Assembly (NCBI GenBank): GCA_965285935.1
Contig: OZ260662.1
Coordinates: 29,946,001-30,010,000 of the forward strand
Length of the DNA: 64,000 nt
Direction: 5' to 3'
DNA from: Ophelia neglecta
Lineage: Eukaryota
Part shown: piece by piece, positions 26,116 to 39,455 of the stretch
Position numbering within the stretch: the stretch's first letter is position 1
How the letters are laid out: every line of letters begins with the position of its first letter
The notes under the pieces: model-generated
What the model was told of the DNA's origin: nothing
Database searches by the model: none
Seen by the model: only the letters and a program-made list of their open reading frames with translations
Position numbers and translations under genes: made by a program

Positions 26116-27204
26116 TAAACCATGGTTAACCATCTTTTTTCGTATCTATTTAATACATAAGTAAGAAAAATAGTCCAATTGCCTTTTGATCAGGCGTCTG
26201 GGCTATTTGAAAGTTTGCTGGTGACCAGAGACATTTGGAGCAAAGCACTCCAAAAATAGAAGTGATTGAACCAGTGATTTGCATTGGTTTAATTGTGAAT
26301 ACATCGAAGTCAAGGGCGAACCTGTCTGAGAATATCTATGTCTCGAGCTTAGAATGAACATAGTTCAATACACTTGTAGACAAGGCTTATATAGACAGCA
26401 CCAAATGATATGATAATGATATATATATATTACCCGTAAGCACATGTCTGTATATACATACGGTGGGACAAGGGGGTCAGTTTGTCTGGCTTGTTGTAAG
26501 ACTTCCTTACATACTGTTTATTGCCTGCATTTTGGCGCAAATACCGGTACCTAGCTAGATTTATTGCCAAACATTTCTTCAATTTTGATTAAAAATAGGT
26601 TAAAAGTAAAACTAAGATTGAAGAAAATTGAAATCTGCGCTGTCTGTGAACGGCTGGACCCCGACTTGCGGAATATCACCAGGAAGATGGAAAAGGCAGT
26701 GGCAATGTCGGAACTACCCTAGCTTAAACTGTCTGAATATGGGATTTGCTTCAGAACAAGAAAGCCAACATTACACATGGCATTTTCAATCCAGTCAGCG
26801 ACAAGTAAGTTCAATGAAATAATGTTGTTTCTACAATTATCTACGTTGGAAAACTGACCTGAGATATTACAAGGTAACAATTACCAATGGAATTCAATGG
26901 GTAATACTAGAAAAATCATGAAATTTGGTCATCATCAACATTAATACGGACAGAACTGACTGGTTTCATTGTGTGGATATTGGATTTAAAATGTGTATTG
27001 AACCTTTTGCCAATTGTTTTTTCGTAATCGTTGGTTCTAAAGATAATGGACCCGTCTGGTCTTTAACTGCACTAAAGACAAGTTGAACCATGAAAAACCG
27101 GCCCTTAGTGAAAATCCGTGGAATTTAAAGCCGACAACTAAAAAAAGAACCATAATTTAGATATAGCTGAGTCGATTACATTGCCATGTCCTATCATTAC
27201 GTAT

Positions 27205-27311
27205 AAGTTAATCCCCGAGGAACACTACATTACCAGATAATAATGGCCTGAGGGCGGCAGCCCCGAAGAGCATTGTTGTCTGGTAATGTATTTGGATGGG
27301 TTCATTGACTT
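27205..27311. repeat. Foldback hairpin, probably from the same CCGAGG-centred element family
   Basis: TACATTACCAGATAATAATG (27226-27245) pairs with CATTGTTGTCTGGTAATGTA (27271-27290). The loop contains GGGC-ggca-GCCC. Weaker outer arms are AAGTTAATCCCC / GGGG..ATTGACTT. Confidence 0.7.
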
Positions 27312-30300
27312 GTGTAAAATCCGCTCAGAATCAACAACTCGACATAACCTGAAAGTAATACAGTGTTAAATTAAGGGAAAGTACACAGAGGGGATTTACC
27401 TTTCCAGTAGGACTGGAATACTGGCATCAGGTACAAGAGGGTAGGGAGAGCGACTGACTCAATTAAAAGTGTGAGTGAACTGAAAGAGACGTAAGAGGAC
27501 TGTACAATATCATGATGTCTGTGACCATGCATGGTCTATGTATTTAAGAAAAAATTGGTCGCATAACCCTTTTATTGTGGCCTTGCATAACATCCACTAC
27601 TGCACACATAGCTTTGAAGTCAATTCGGTGATCTTAACCACTCGCCCCCAGCGGGTCCGTGGTTTATGTCAAGGAAAGCACGGAGCCTCGTCCTTAACAA
27701 CTACATCTTTAATATCGCCTAGCTGGGCTCTATCAAGTTTTAACGGGATTCTGATGTGTCCTGCCTCGGACTTATTTTTGCCATAAAGGATATATTTGTA
27801 AGTGATTCGCCATTTTTTACTCATCTGACATTTTATGGACACACTTTTACAGAAACTATTCTGGTTCTCCTAAGCAGAGCAGGAAACAAGACAACAAGAC
27901 AAAAGGAACATTTCAGTATACCACTTTTATTTTTATCACCCGTCATATTTTAATTATCGTGGTCGTTCAGATTCGCAGAACCCATCTGCTTCTTATCTCG
28001 AAGGAAAAATGCCTGTAGGCGCTGCAGCTCTGAGAGCCGTCAGCATATCGCCCACAATGAGCTGCGCATCTGCAGCTAGCGGAAGACACGATACAAGAAG
28101 TGTATAATACGAGCCCTTGGCCTACACATTCGGCATAAGACGGCACTAGAGTATTGTTAATTTTACCAAGAGTACTTTGGTTATCTTTTTTTCGAATTAT
28201 GCGAAGAAGTCTACAACAGTTACTTATATCTAAAAAACATTGGAGAGAGGTAAATGTCTAAATACAGTGTATCAGAACAACGTAATTGGCAGGAAGCTCC
28301 GATTTTTATTTCGTAACTTGATTATCCTATTAAACTATCTAACTATATTGTTAGTATTTTATGTAAGGGTAAACTCGATCTTGGTCAAACTTGCATTCAA
28401 AGTATATAACCATGTGTTAAAGGTAAATAGACTTGTGAAAGCATTTGAAATGGCAGCCGGCAAGTCATTAATATAGTAAATCGGATACAGGTCATAGGAC
28501 TGAATGTCAAGAAAGGGAGACAGGGTAACATTGTCCACATTATATGTCATTAATTTCTTGTAATATATTAGCCCGTTGAGCATCCCTACGAGAAGCATTT
28601 GTGTTGATTATTTTAGTTTTAAAAAAGTACCACATTTGGCTGATCGAGTGAATGTTCCTTAACTTAATTAAATACATTTCTGAGTATAGCATTTATACAT
28701 CTTAAAACAAGAAAAATTTGTGCAATGACTCGGCTGGGGGAGGAGGGGAGTGGCATTCCCTATACCATGGTTAGTGCCTTAATGCTTTTTCGGCCGAATG
28801 ATTTAGAGTTTGTACCATATTTTTGGAAATAAAACTTTAGATATAGGTTTGACCCCGACTTGTTGGTAAATCTAGCCCCAGTAAAATATACTCCTTACAT
28901 TTAGTCCTCAATGTGGAGTTTGCCACTTTATTCTAAAGTTGACATGACACATATGTACCCGTTTTCAGGGCAAGTTTTATTGTAGCAATGCGTGATTAAC
29001 AAACATTACCAGAAAAACTGAAATTTTGTCCTTCCTAAAATGCACAGCTGTAAATCCCCCCCCCCCATCCAAGATTTATTTTGAAATTATTTTTAATTCT
29101 TTTTACTATCTCGTGTCAATCTTATCATGACCATTGACATGTAATCACAGGCCCTCGAAGGATTTGGATATCTTGTCAATTTTTGGCTCTTTCCTCCACT
29201 AAAACTATCGAGAGTAATACCAATCTGGCAGTTTTTTTAGTGTATACATGGTATAAAGCAAAATGACATGACTATTCTGTGCTTTGTCTATTTTATATTC
29301 AGTAGAATGTTCACACTATACACAGTTTTTATGTGTTTTATAGCACAGTTTATTTAGACAAACTTCATTCGTAAATACGAGCCCAAGACACCTTGGAGCG
29401 AACTGCTGTTATTATTCTGCCATCCATGCTACTACAAAACTCTACAATACATTTAGCCATCAGTCAGTTTCAAACTTCAGCTGCCAGTCACAAATTGGTC
29501 CTGTACTGATGATATTATCCTCGTTGTGGTTTCGTTATACCGACAGTCGCGTGTAAATTGCGTTATTTGGGAAAATTCACAGTAAGAAGTGTAATATTTT
29601 CGTTGCAAATTGCCCGATTTGTATTTCATTGTACTACAGTCTATTTGTAGCACAGAAGCGTGAATGAACTCGACAGACCAGACGAAATCATCGATAAACT
29701 CCTGGAGCAAAACCACTTTTTCTGATAATAAATTAATGATACATACAATGAAGTATTACCGCCTGAAGTAATGATTAATATTGTATGGTTTTGTCGAACA
29801 AAATATGATAAATCGTATTGAATTGCTTTTCTTTTTCATTCTGCCCTCCACTGTCAAAGAAATGACATTATTATTAGGTTAAAGTAAAAGATGGGGTTTT
29901 CCAATACAGACCGTAATGGCGATATGCACAGTCAGTGTTTCTTATTATGCTTTTGGCCATGAATAGGATAATTTGTGCCCCTTAACTTACAATTTGTCCA
30001 TTGATATATTAAATTATTACATTACATTGATTTGATATTATATATATATATGTTTATATATGTGTGTACATGTTTTTCTCAGCTCCTTTGAATTCGAGGG
30101 AAATAAAGATAATATATATACGAATCAACACTCAGATATGCCGCTAACCCTATGCACGCGTTGCATTCAATGCAATAGGGTCAGTCGGGGATGATGTAAT
30201 AATTCTAGTTCAGCCTGCTAGCAAGGAGGTGACAGCACTGCATACCAATAGTCTGCACTTGAATGTGGGGCTAGACTACAGATTAGCAGCGGTTCCATGT

Positions 30301-32953
30301 TCATTGCGAAACCTGTAGCTATCACAGAAATGTGAAATTTACCTGAATGGAAAGCCCTCTAAAATGTTAATCATCCCTGAAAGTTTTGTTTTGATTACTT
30401 CAACAAGCACTAAGTAAGGGCTTTTAAAACATCATTACCATGTTAAATTCCCATATGAACAGCTGAAAGTAGCCCCACTTATCCCAGCCTTACCACTGCC
30501 TTTTAGTTGCAATCAGCTTTGGAGGTAAGAAAAGTGGTTGTTGGTCAGCAGTATGAAACATATCCGACTGGCCCTATTAATAGTTCAACCCGTGACAGAA
30601 AACATACATAGAGAAAACATTAACCATTGTCTTGTACTGTGGACGTGGCTAAAACAGACTGCGCTTCTTCAGCATCGAGAGTACCTAAACAGCCAGCTTA
30701 TCAGTAATTTCATGTTAAACAATTTCTGCGTATAGTTGACCGATTTGATAAACACATAGGGGTCTATTCTTGCCAATGTGGTATCTGCTTATTATCATTT
30801 TGACCCAGTTTCCTGAGCCTGGTCATTGATAGTTGTATGTTCAGACTATTTTGTGTGATCCCGTCAGTTCATGTTACACATACGGATTGACCCTTATCTA
30901 AATACAACTCATGTTTATCCTCTATTGATCCCTGAAGCCAATCTTAGCTAGAATACCAAAACAGGGACGACAAGCACAATCTGTCCAAAGAGCCTTCTTA
31001 GTTTAGCATATTACATGTAATTAGAAAATGTGACCTTCTCGGAATATGGGTGTTCGTGGTAGACCGCATGTTTTCCTTATCTACTATAGGAAGCTACAAC
31101 AATACATTATATGGTCGAGTTGGTGATTATTGTCTTTCTCTTAGTCTAACCATGGTTGAAAGGAACCAATTAGACAATTAGCCCCTGTTGAACCAAATGA
31201 ACCCGAAATATCTTACTTTTTTGAACTCAGACAAAGGCGCCCAAAGATAACAAAAAATGGAATGGCAGAATAATAATTTTGTTTGCTGCCTATAGCTGCC
31301 ACTTACTAATAAATCCAGGGATGGAAAATGCACCTCAGCAGAAAGACAGACAATTTATATACCCACCCCTTTTTCATGGCAGGAATAAAAGAATCATGCC
31401 GCTAAGCCTGCATGACGACATGTACATGCCGCCTTCTAATGGCAGTGTTGATTTAATGCGAAACATTGCAGGAATAGAAAGTGGCAATTTCACGGAGAAA
31501 ATATATGCCCGTTTTAAGCATAGTATGCGAGTGCCTAGATGGTTCACCGATCCCCATTCAAACAATTGTTAGGCTCTTTCTGATTCAGACTACACTGCCA
31601 TGGATTCAGCGCCTTTGACAATACATACTTAACAGATGTTTCACGGCGTGTTAATTCATAGACCTAACGACTATGAGCGTGTGTTCTCATTCAAATGATA
31701 CAATTTTATATCCCTGTTGCTATGGCAATACCAATGTACTACCATCTGTGCGAAATAAGTTAAATTCGTGATACAGTACTTCACAAAACCGAGTTACACA
31801 GACAGTTCTTTGATCATTAACAAATATTCGTGCCTGCATTAATCTTTATGCCAATGACATGGCAGTGAAGTATATTTGATCCAATTTAGTAAGAAATAAC
31901 AAGGGTAAATAAATAAGCAAAGTTCCACTTCCTAGAACAAAACATGTATTATCTGTTGGTCAATTGACGAGTTGTTTACGCACGGACAGGGCAATTCTGC
32001 ATGTTATTCATATATACGAACGAAATCCTAACAGACACGTATTACAATAATGCCCACACGCGTTATTCATGTTGTTTAGACTATATCCCTCGAGCTCCTG
32101 GGCTAATTACCCCGGGCTAATTACTCTCTTGAGAGAACCCCCTCTCAAGGCCTAAATGTTAATGCCATAACTATAATGAACGGAATAATTATATTAGTCT
32201 GGTACTCCTCAGACCAAGAGCACCATACCATGCTCATAATTTCTAAAAGCGTAATACGTATAAACGATATAAGTGACAAGTATACTGGTACATCGAATGC
32301 GCTATCCCCCAAAATGAATGTAAAATTTGTGCCCAACCCAGACTGCAAACATGGCACTTTCCCGACGCTAAACAGATATTTCAGATTGTTTATTCAAGCC
32401 CAATAATTATGTTATTCTAATAAAAGTGTACTTATGACACAAGACTTTTTTTCCGAAAAACAACGATACGACATTAAATGAACATAAAATGAAATGATAT
32501 GCGGCAATGTTGCCTGTCTGGCGACTTAAGTTTCCATGATGCAGTTAAAACATGCGCTGAATCCGCATTGTATTTGTATATTGATCGACTATTATTTCAC
32601 GCTAACTTTCCTTTACATGTAAATATATCCGGTAGAACTTTCTGAATGGTGTATGTGTCCCATATCATTATATTGTATTGTTACTGAGCCGCCTGCATGA
32701 TATCGCTTCCACGTTTGAAAATACACACCATGCGGTATCCATTTAGCATAGACAGGCCCACCCACACATGGTTATTCGATAAGTGTCCCAGATGTCTAAA
32801 ACGGGATGTCATAAAGCACTATGAATATTATACTGCGATCATTAAGGTGTTTATTGAGAGTTCATCATTAATCATTGTATCCTGATACTCGAAAAGCAAG
32901 AACATACACAACAAGGGTATATGTGTGCTACGGGTTCAAAAGGATAAATATAA

Positions 32954-33540
32954 TGCCCGGACAATAATATCACGTTTTGACAGCCAAGTTTATCTAAGTG
33001 GCTGACACCTACGTTTTTTGGAAAAATATTTAAAATTTCCGATGCTTGCCACGTTGGTGACACGCGCTAGCCACGCTGTCGCCTCGTTGCGGTTCCGCTG
33101 TAGCACGATTGATAGCTGACCACAACGTCTTATAAGGTAATATAACGTGGCATAACGTAGCATCACGTGTTACCTGATACCATAACGAGGCACAATTTGG
33201 CAGGGTGACGTGGGTGCAACGATGGAACAAGCAAAGCGCAACCCAACATGTCAAAACATGTCAAAAGACGTGGCGGCACGTAACAGACAGCGGGTCACGT
33301 TCTGTCACGTTGTTTGCTACATTGTTACCACGTTGTTACTACGTTCTACCACGTTATTGTCACGTTGGGACCAATTTGTAGTACGCTGTAGTTTCCAGTT
33401 CGCGTTTCAGGTTCACGTTTAGTCACGGTTTAGCCACGCTGTTCCACATTCGATCATGTTGAAACCACGTTCTGGTACGTTTTAGCTACGTTTCGCAAGG
33501 AAGCAGGTGGCGGCCAAAACGTGATAATATGGCTGGGACA
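32954..33540. mobile_element. PIF/Harbinger-like non-autonomous element, ACGT-rich
   Basis: TAA|TGCCCGGACAATAATATCACGTTTTGACAGCCA ... TGGCGGCCAAAACGTGATAATATGGCTGGGACA|TAA: ~30-bp imperfect TIRs with a TAA duplication. The interior is dense in CACGT/ACGTG sub-repeats. Confidence 0.7.
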
Positions 33541-36500
33541 TAAAAGGGTTAAAACAATGAAACAGGTTCCATCTGACCACTCATGGCGGAGTTCTGAAAG
33601 AGAACAGTCCCAAGTCTTCTTTGAATTAAATCTGTGCTCTGCTCAGATTTGAGGTGCCGGAACTATCTTGTCTGTCCAAACTAATATAAGCTGAGTTAAT
33701 CATATACAATCGAAAATAAAATGTTTATGCAGTATCGTGGCCGCAAATGGCAGAAATAAAGTGAGGTTGTCAGCTAGCCGTATGATAGAACCATGAAAAG
33801 CCACAGGCCCCGTACCCTATAACCAAACTGACTCGTGCTAGACAATTTAATGGCAGCAGAGGCAGGACAGCGCAAAGGTCAGAGTAGCAGCATATAAATT
33901 ACCGATGAAAGGAAAATGTTGGGCCTATATAACAATAATGTTTTTCTATGAAATGTTCGTTTAGGTTATAAACAACATGGTGAATATAAAAGTATATAAT
34001 TACTCGATCATTGAATGATCATTCTGCCATTCAACGATTAGTAAGTCATTTGTACCGGACACCACACATATGCAGAGACTTTACTTGTTGAGGGTGATTC
34101 ACTAACACGCCAAATTATTATACTGTAGCCTTCATGCTTATTCCATCTACAATTTAAGGGAAGATGATTTTACTATTCAAATACTTCCATTTATAGATTC
34201 ACATCCTTACTGAGATCGGAGGTCAGACATCGAAGAGGATTGTCCAATATAATTAGTTTCAATGTTTTATGCTCGTGTGCAAGGCCATTCAAGGATTAGC
34301 TCCCTTTCATATCGTGAGCTAAATAAACACTACAAATCTCCTCGTGACTTAAGGTCAACTAGCAGTTCGATGATGGTTGTAACCATGTCCTGAACAATAA
34401 AGTATGGCTCAAGTATTCGCCTGCTCATGTTCAGCTCATACATCAGCCCCCCCCCCCCTCACACACACTCTCAACCCGAAGCCCCAATTACTTCCTATTA
34501 TAAGGGTGCGTGCCACAGACCCATGAGCTCTCCTCCCCCCCCCCTCCCTCCCCTCTCCAGTGCTTTTCCCCAACGGCAACAGGTCCTCTTGTGCTCCCCC
34601 CTTCACCCGACCCCCTTCCCATCCCCATCCAGCCCCATTTACTTGTACCAAGCCGGATGCACGTTTTTCAAACTCATAGCGATCATTTGTAACTCGTCGT
34701 TTGCTTGTTTTAGCCGCCAGAAGGTCACACTCGTTCGAAGGCTATATATCACTTTCATTATCGAAATATCAAATAAACATTGTCATGTGAAAGCCATGGG
34801 AATGTATTCATTTGTTTAAAAAGTAATTTGCAAGCGACATCAATTTATGCCCATTTCTTGCCAATAAGTCAATTTCCTATTTGGTACAGTCATTACTTGT
34901 CGGATCCGAAAAGGTTTTATACATCTTCAACGTTCATTTTGTCAAATTTTTATAAAACCCCGGGTAGTTGAGATATAAGTGATCGTTTACCGTTATTACT
35001 AACCCTTAGAACTCAATCTCATCTCCTGGAATGTGCCTTGGCCCAGAAAATACACACTGTAGACGTGATATATGTGAACTTCCCGGGTCCAAATCAAACT
35101 GGCTTGATTTTTCGTAATTCATTAATATAGTACAAGGCAGGTTTTAACCATTTATTTGCAGGAACATACTCGTGCAGTCAATGCTATGAGAATGCACGGC
35201 AAAATATGTAAAAGTGTTGTTTTCTAATTAATCGGGCAAGCAATATGTCTCTTATTTCATTTTTCATTTAACGGCATGCTTATCGTTTCAGAATCTATCA
35301 ACTTTAAGCGGACTTTTTCTCGACCTTACATGAACAAAGTTAACATGCCACACTAATTTAGTCACAGTTACTGCAGTAAGTTGCGGGTATTAATATGGTG
35401 GGCTTTTGATTAAAAGCGGAAAAGAGGTCAATTCAGAAATCAGAACAGAGTACCAAACCTATCAAACCTATCCCTAACCCTAAAATTAACTTTCTGTCCT
35501 AACCCTAGCCTTGCCAACGAATATTTGCTGCATGCAACTGAGAAATACCCATGACCTCCGCTTCCGCCTAGCCTCCGTCTGCGATTAGTCAAAAGCCATA
35601 TAGTGATAGCATCTGTTGGGCAGTAGATTATTCTACATTTTCTGCCTATTCAGCATTGATATATGAACCGGGAATGAAAACCCAGATAAAGTAGCTATGA
35701 AGGAATAAACAAACCATACAGATCCAGCAGGCTACGGTGAGTGTCATTCAGTACTCGATATCAATCTCGAGATTTTTGCTTCTTAAAACCTTAAATAGGA
35801 GAAAACAAGCAAAATGTCACGCGTTACAGTATGTCGGTTTTCAGTAATCGGTTGCACAATTCACATGACTTCCATGAATAAATTAAAGTGTATTCATGTC
35901 GCCCATATTCTAATGTTTTTTAACTGGAACACCTCTTCCACATCAATCAAATTATCCGAAAAAAAGATATAGAGGACGGACACGTTATTCTACTTGCACA
36001 ACATATACGTTACAAAGTGGGTGAGTGAGTGGTCACCCAAGAGAAAGGGGCCAACCAAATGAATAGAGTCAAACGTCCGTATATATATCAATATAGCATG
36101 TGAGACCGAACTAGGTTCATTTTAAACACTCAAGTGCTAAGTGTTTCAATCAATTCTGAATCAGTGGAGTGAGACCCAAGTTATAAGCCTTTTCATTTGG
36201 TGGCTGATAACAACTGCCAGATGAGACATTTTTTTCCTGTAGACTCACCCTATAAAATTAGTATTTATAAAAAGAAATTTGCATTAAACCGCACGCAAAT
36301 GTGTATGAACTCACCGCGTTTGGTAAAACGTCTTTATCTCAGACAGCAGACGTACCCCTTCATAGCCTCTAGCGTTAGTCGATGTTGACACATTTCTGCT
36401 GTAGGATAAAAAAAAGTGAACAAATTATGAAGTTGTTGGCTGTCTCCTGAACGAATGTATATCACGACATTATTATAATGACAGTTAGTTTTGTTTCAAA

Positions 36501-38460
36501 GCTTCGCAAACTCATTTAAATGTTAACAGCAGAATTGAGATCTGGCTGTGGCAGTTGCGGCACCCAGTCTATCTTACATAATTATTTTTGACATCATCAA
36601 AGCCAAACCAATTATCAACTGACTCGGTATCAGTAGAATAGCTGCACTCATTACAAAACCGACATGAGGCGTTAATTTGTGAGAAATCATTTGGTTAAAA
36701 CGGGACTGGACTCACACGCCCAAGTAAAAACAAAAAATACAACCATTTCACCTGTCTATATTCATCAGTAACCATCATATCAGCTGCAGGCAAGCCTTAT
36801 AACATTACCCTGTGTTTCATAACAGAGAGTACTTATACAATTATACGACTTATACTAATACATTTTCCCCATGCGGTTAAGAATATCACATAACGAGTTG
36901 GTGGTCAAAATGAGCGCGCATGAACTAACGGGAAGAGTCTGATATCGAAGAAGTTCTTCTAAATAATTACATTAGGAGCATATACTTATGTGTCCGCTTA
37001 TACACGTGTCGTGTAGTACATGAACAATAAGGTACAGTTTGAAGTGGAATGACGTATAACATGCTTTGCGTCAATAAATGTATTTGTTTGCTAATCTGCA
37101 CTCATCCGTCTTTCACAGGAAGTTCCACAGGAAATAATACCCTTATAAGAAATAAGAATTAGGCGGGTCTCTCTATTCGGCGCTGTGACGCTGCGCAGTT
37201 TGATTCGGCGGCCTTGACCCTGCGCTGAGAGCGGGGTGTCACGTGGGTTATGGTACGGTTCTCTTTTTTCTTCTCACAGAGTAGCGCCAAACAGCGCAGT
37301 CCTGAAGAAAGACAGTCAGAGGTAGGAGGAGGTTCCTGATACAGTCAAAGTTATTTTTTGCAAAACATCCGAATACTTCTTTATTAATACTATATTAATA
37401 ATAGACTAATAATAATAGACTAAGACTCGTGGTATTCGCATTTCCCCTGACGTTCATTACATATCGTCATAATGTTTGAATATTATCTGGACTGGAGTAT
37501 TCCGCTAGCTAATCTTGATCTTAGATAATCTATCCCATTGCCACATTACAGAATTTAAATATTCGACCAATCCTTCCAAAGTATAAAACCTGTTTCGTCC
37601 AGCTTACATCGCGAAAAGTTAAAACCAATAATGTCAGTAAAAATTGATAATAATAAGACTGTAAAAATAATGCAAGCTAAGTGCTCATGTGAGCGCTAGT
37701 ATAGTCGACTCCAAAACTGATAAATATTAGGCCAACAGAAAAACAGATCGAAGGATTTAATACAACACTTATTATGTGATTAAGAATGAACTTCAGTCCG
37801 CAAAATGAATGTCATTGTGAATTCCTGAGAAGAAACACACTAATAATGCCCTTCCCACAGAGAATTAACACATTCATATTTATCAGCTTTGTTTGGGATA
37901 TATGATATAAAATATATCCAGGTTATGCTAAGTCTAGAGCAAAGTCGGTATTTGCTAAAATATATGACAAAAGCGCAATCAGCCGCGTGTTAAGTCGAAT
38001 TGGAACTTGTTTTGTACAAGATATTTCATGTAAGTAGACAGATTGGGATGGTGCCAAACTCATATCTGAATTAAAGTTTCAACGGTTGGTCTAAATTGGA
38101 ATTTAAACCTGGCTGTCCACATTATTGTTATCAGTCTCTTACTTCACGACTGGATGTTATTCCTTCGCCCTAAGATATCTGTAAAGCGCTTGATTAAATA
38201 GTGTTAAAAAATAATGTTACTTTCTTTAATAATTAAGATAAAAAGATGAATGCACGTTACTTATGCTCCAAGAAACACTGCACGTTTACGAGAATGGAGG
38301 AGAGTTTGTACAACGTTCAGGTGCGTCTCAGGATAAGTTTTCGACTGCAACTTAGCCAATATTCTTAATGTTCTTGACATATTAATATAATGACAGACCT
38401 TTCTTTGAAAACGTTGAAGTAGCGGCTCATTATTTATCTTTCTGGATGAACAACTTTTTA

Positions 38461-38630
38461 ACCACTCAACGGAGTTTGCAGCAAGAGAACTCGTGGATCG
38501 TGTCATACAACGAATGGATAATGGCGATAATTATGGCTATCAACATCTTCATGAACCTATCCAAGGCATTTGATAAGATTTAACATAATATTCTCATGTT
38601 TAAACTGAAGCACTACGACGTCGATGGTGT
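38461..38630 (+). pseudogene. RT fragment of a CR1/L2-group (Crack-like) LINE
   Basis: Translates as HSTEFAARELVDRVIQRMDNG ... IFMNLSKAFDKI*HNILMFKLKHYDVDG, which matches the region around RT motif A. Confidence 0.8.
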
Positions 38631-38879
38631 TGTTTCGACCATGATCAATGCTGAGTTATCTGTAAATAAACACACTCTCCGAAATGTCCCAGCGATCTAC
38701 TTCAAATTCAATAACAACATTTTACCTGTATACTTTATATTATTATATATATTAAAGCTACTGAGACGAAAATCCAACTCCACAATTTCATTTTTGTATT
38801 TTGGAAATTCAGCAATTAGTCAAATAGCTTGCTGATTTCTTTTTATATGTAATAAATATTCAGAGAATATAAATATAAG

Positions 38880-39455
38880 TGTACAACACCCTCATGCTTT
38901 GTCTGCAGAGGTATTTGCCTACAAGATAAACCACAAAATTTGATTTATCGTTCTTATCACTGTCCATATATAGGTGTTTGTCATACACACGGTAATGGTT
39001 TGCATATATTTCTTTTTTTGCTTCGTAGTACTTCGCAATACTTCGTTAATACTTGATGCCATTTTCCTCTAGGGATTCATATGCTCAGAATTATTCAATC
39101 AAACAGTCAACTTTATTGTAAGGCTTGATATTAAATGGCTGACCATACTAAACTTATCACATTCTTGCTTTCTCAAAGTTTCATTAAACCTTAATATTCA
39201 ATTGGTTCTTTACATATTTAGTAGTGTCTGCATTAAAAGTTTACATAACTTGATATACTTTATTTTTGTACTCTATAACTAAGGACCAATATAAACTAAA
39301 TAGAATAGTATTTACTGGCAGTATTTACTTACTGTGCTACCAAAGCAATGTTAGTTTGATGAGAACGTCCAGTTGAAGCCAAGTCTGAGGGCATTATAAA
39401 CGTGTCATGACCGAACAAGTTACAAAAGGCGTTAGGCAAGTCGTTAATAATTAAA
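38880..39455 (-). pseudogene. Decayed 3' end of a CR1/L2-group LINE
   Basis: The minus strand gives INDLPNAFCNLF...HVYNA and a decayed GP.LW-like segment, followed by an AT-rich UTR-like tract. Very diverged. Confidence 0.35.

Noticed and set aside
27271-27290. Resemblance of TGTCTGGTAATG to the miR-8/miR-200 family
   Set aside because: The seed (TAATAC/TAACAC) is missing and the loop is typical of a foldback repeat.
27590-27660. tRNA gene or SINE head on the minus strand (A-box-like GGCGAGTGGTTAAG; similar motif at ~6892)
   Set aside because: No B-box or cloverleaf is present; at most an unassignable SINE remnant.
35455-35510. Interstitial telomere (CCCTAA-like; similar motif at ~24880-24915)
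   Set aside because: Only one to two degenerate units are present, which is more consistent with a dispersed repeat fragment.
38461-39455. Twin-priming inversion of a single LINE
   Set aside because: The + strand RT piece lies on the 3' side of the minus-strand piece, which is the wrong geometry. These are more likely independent relics.
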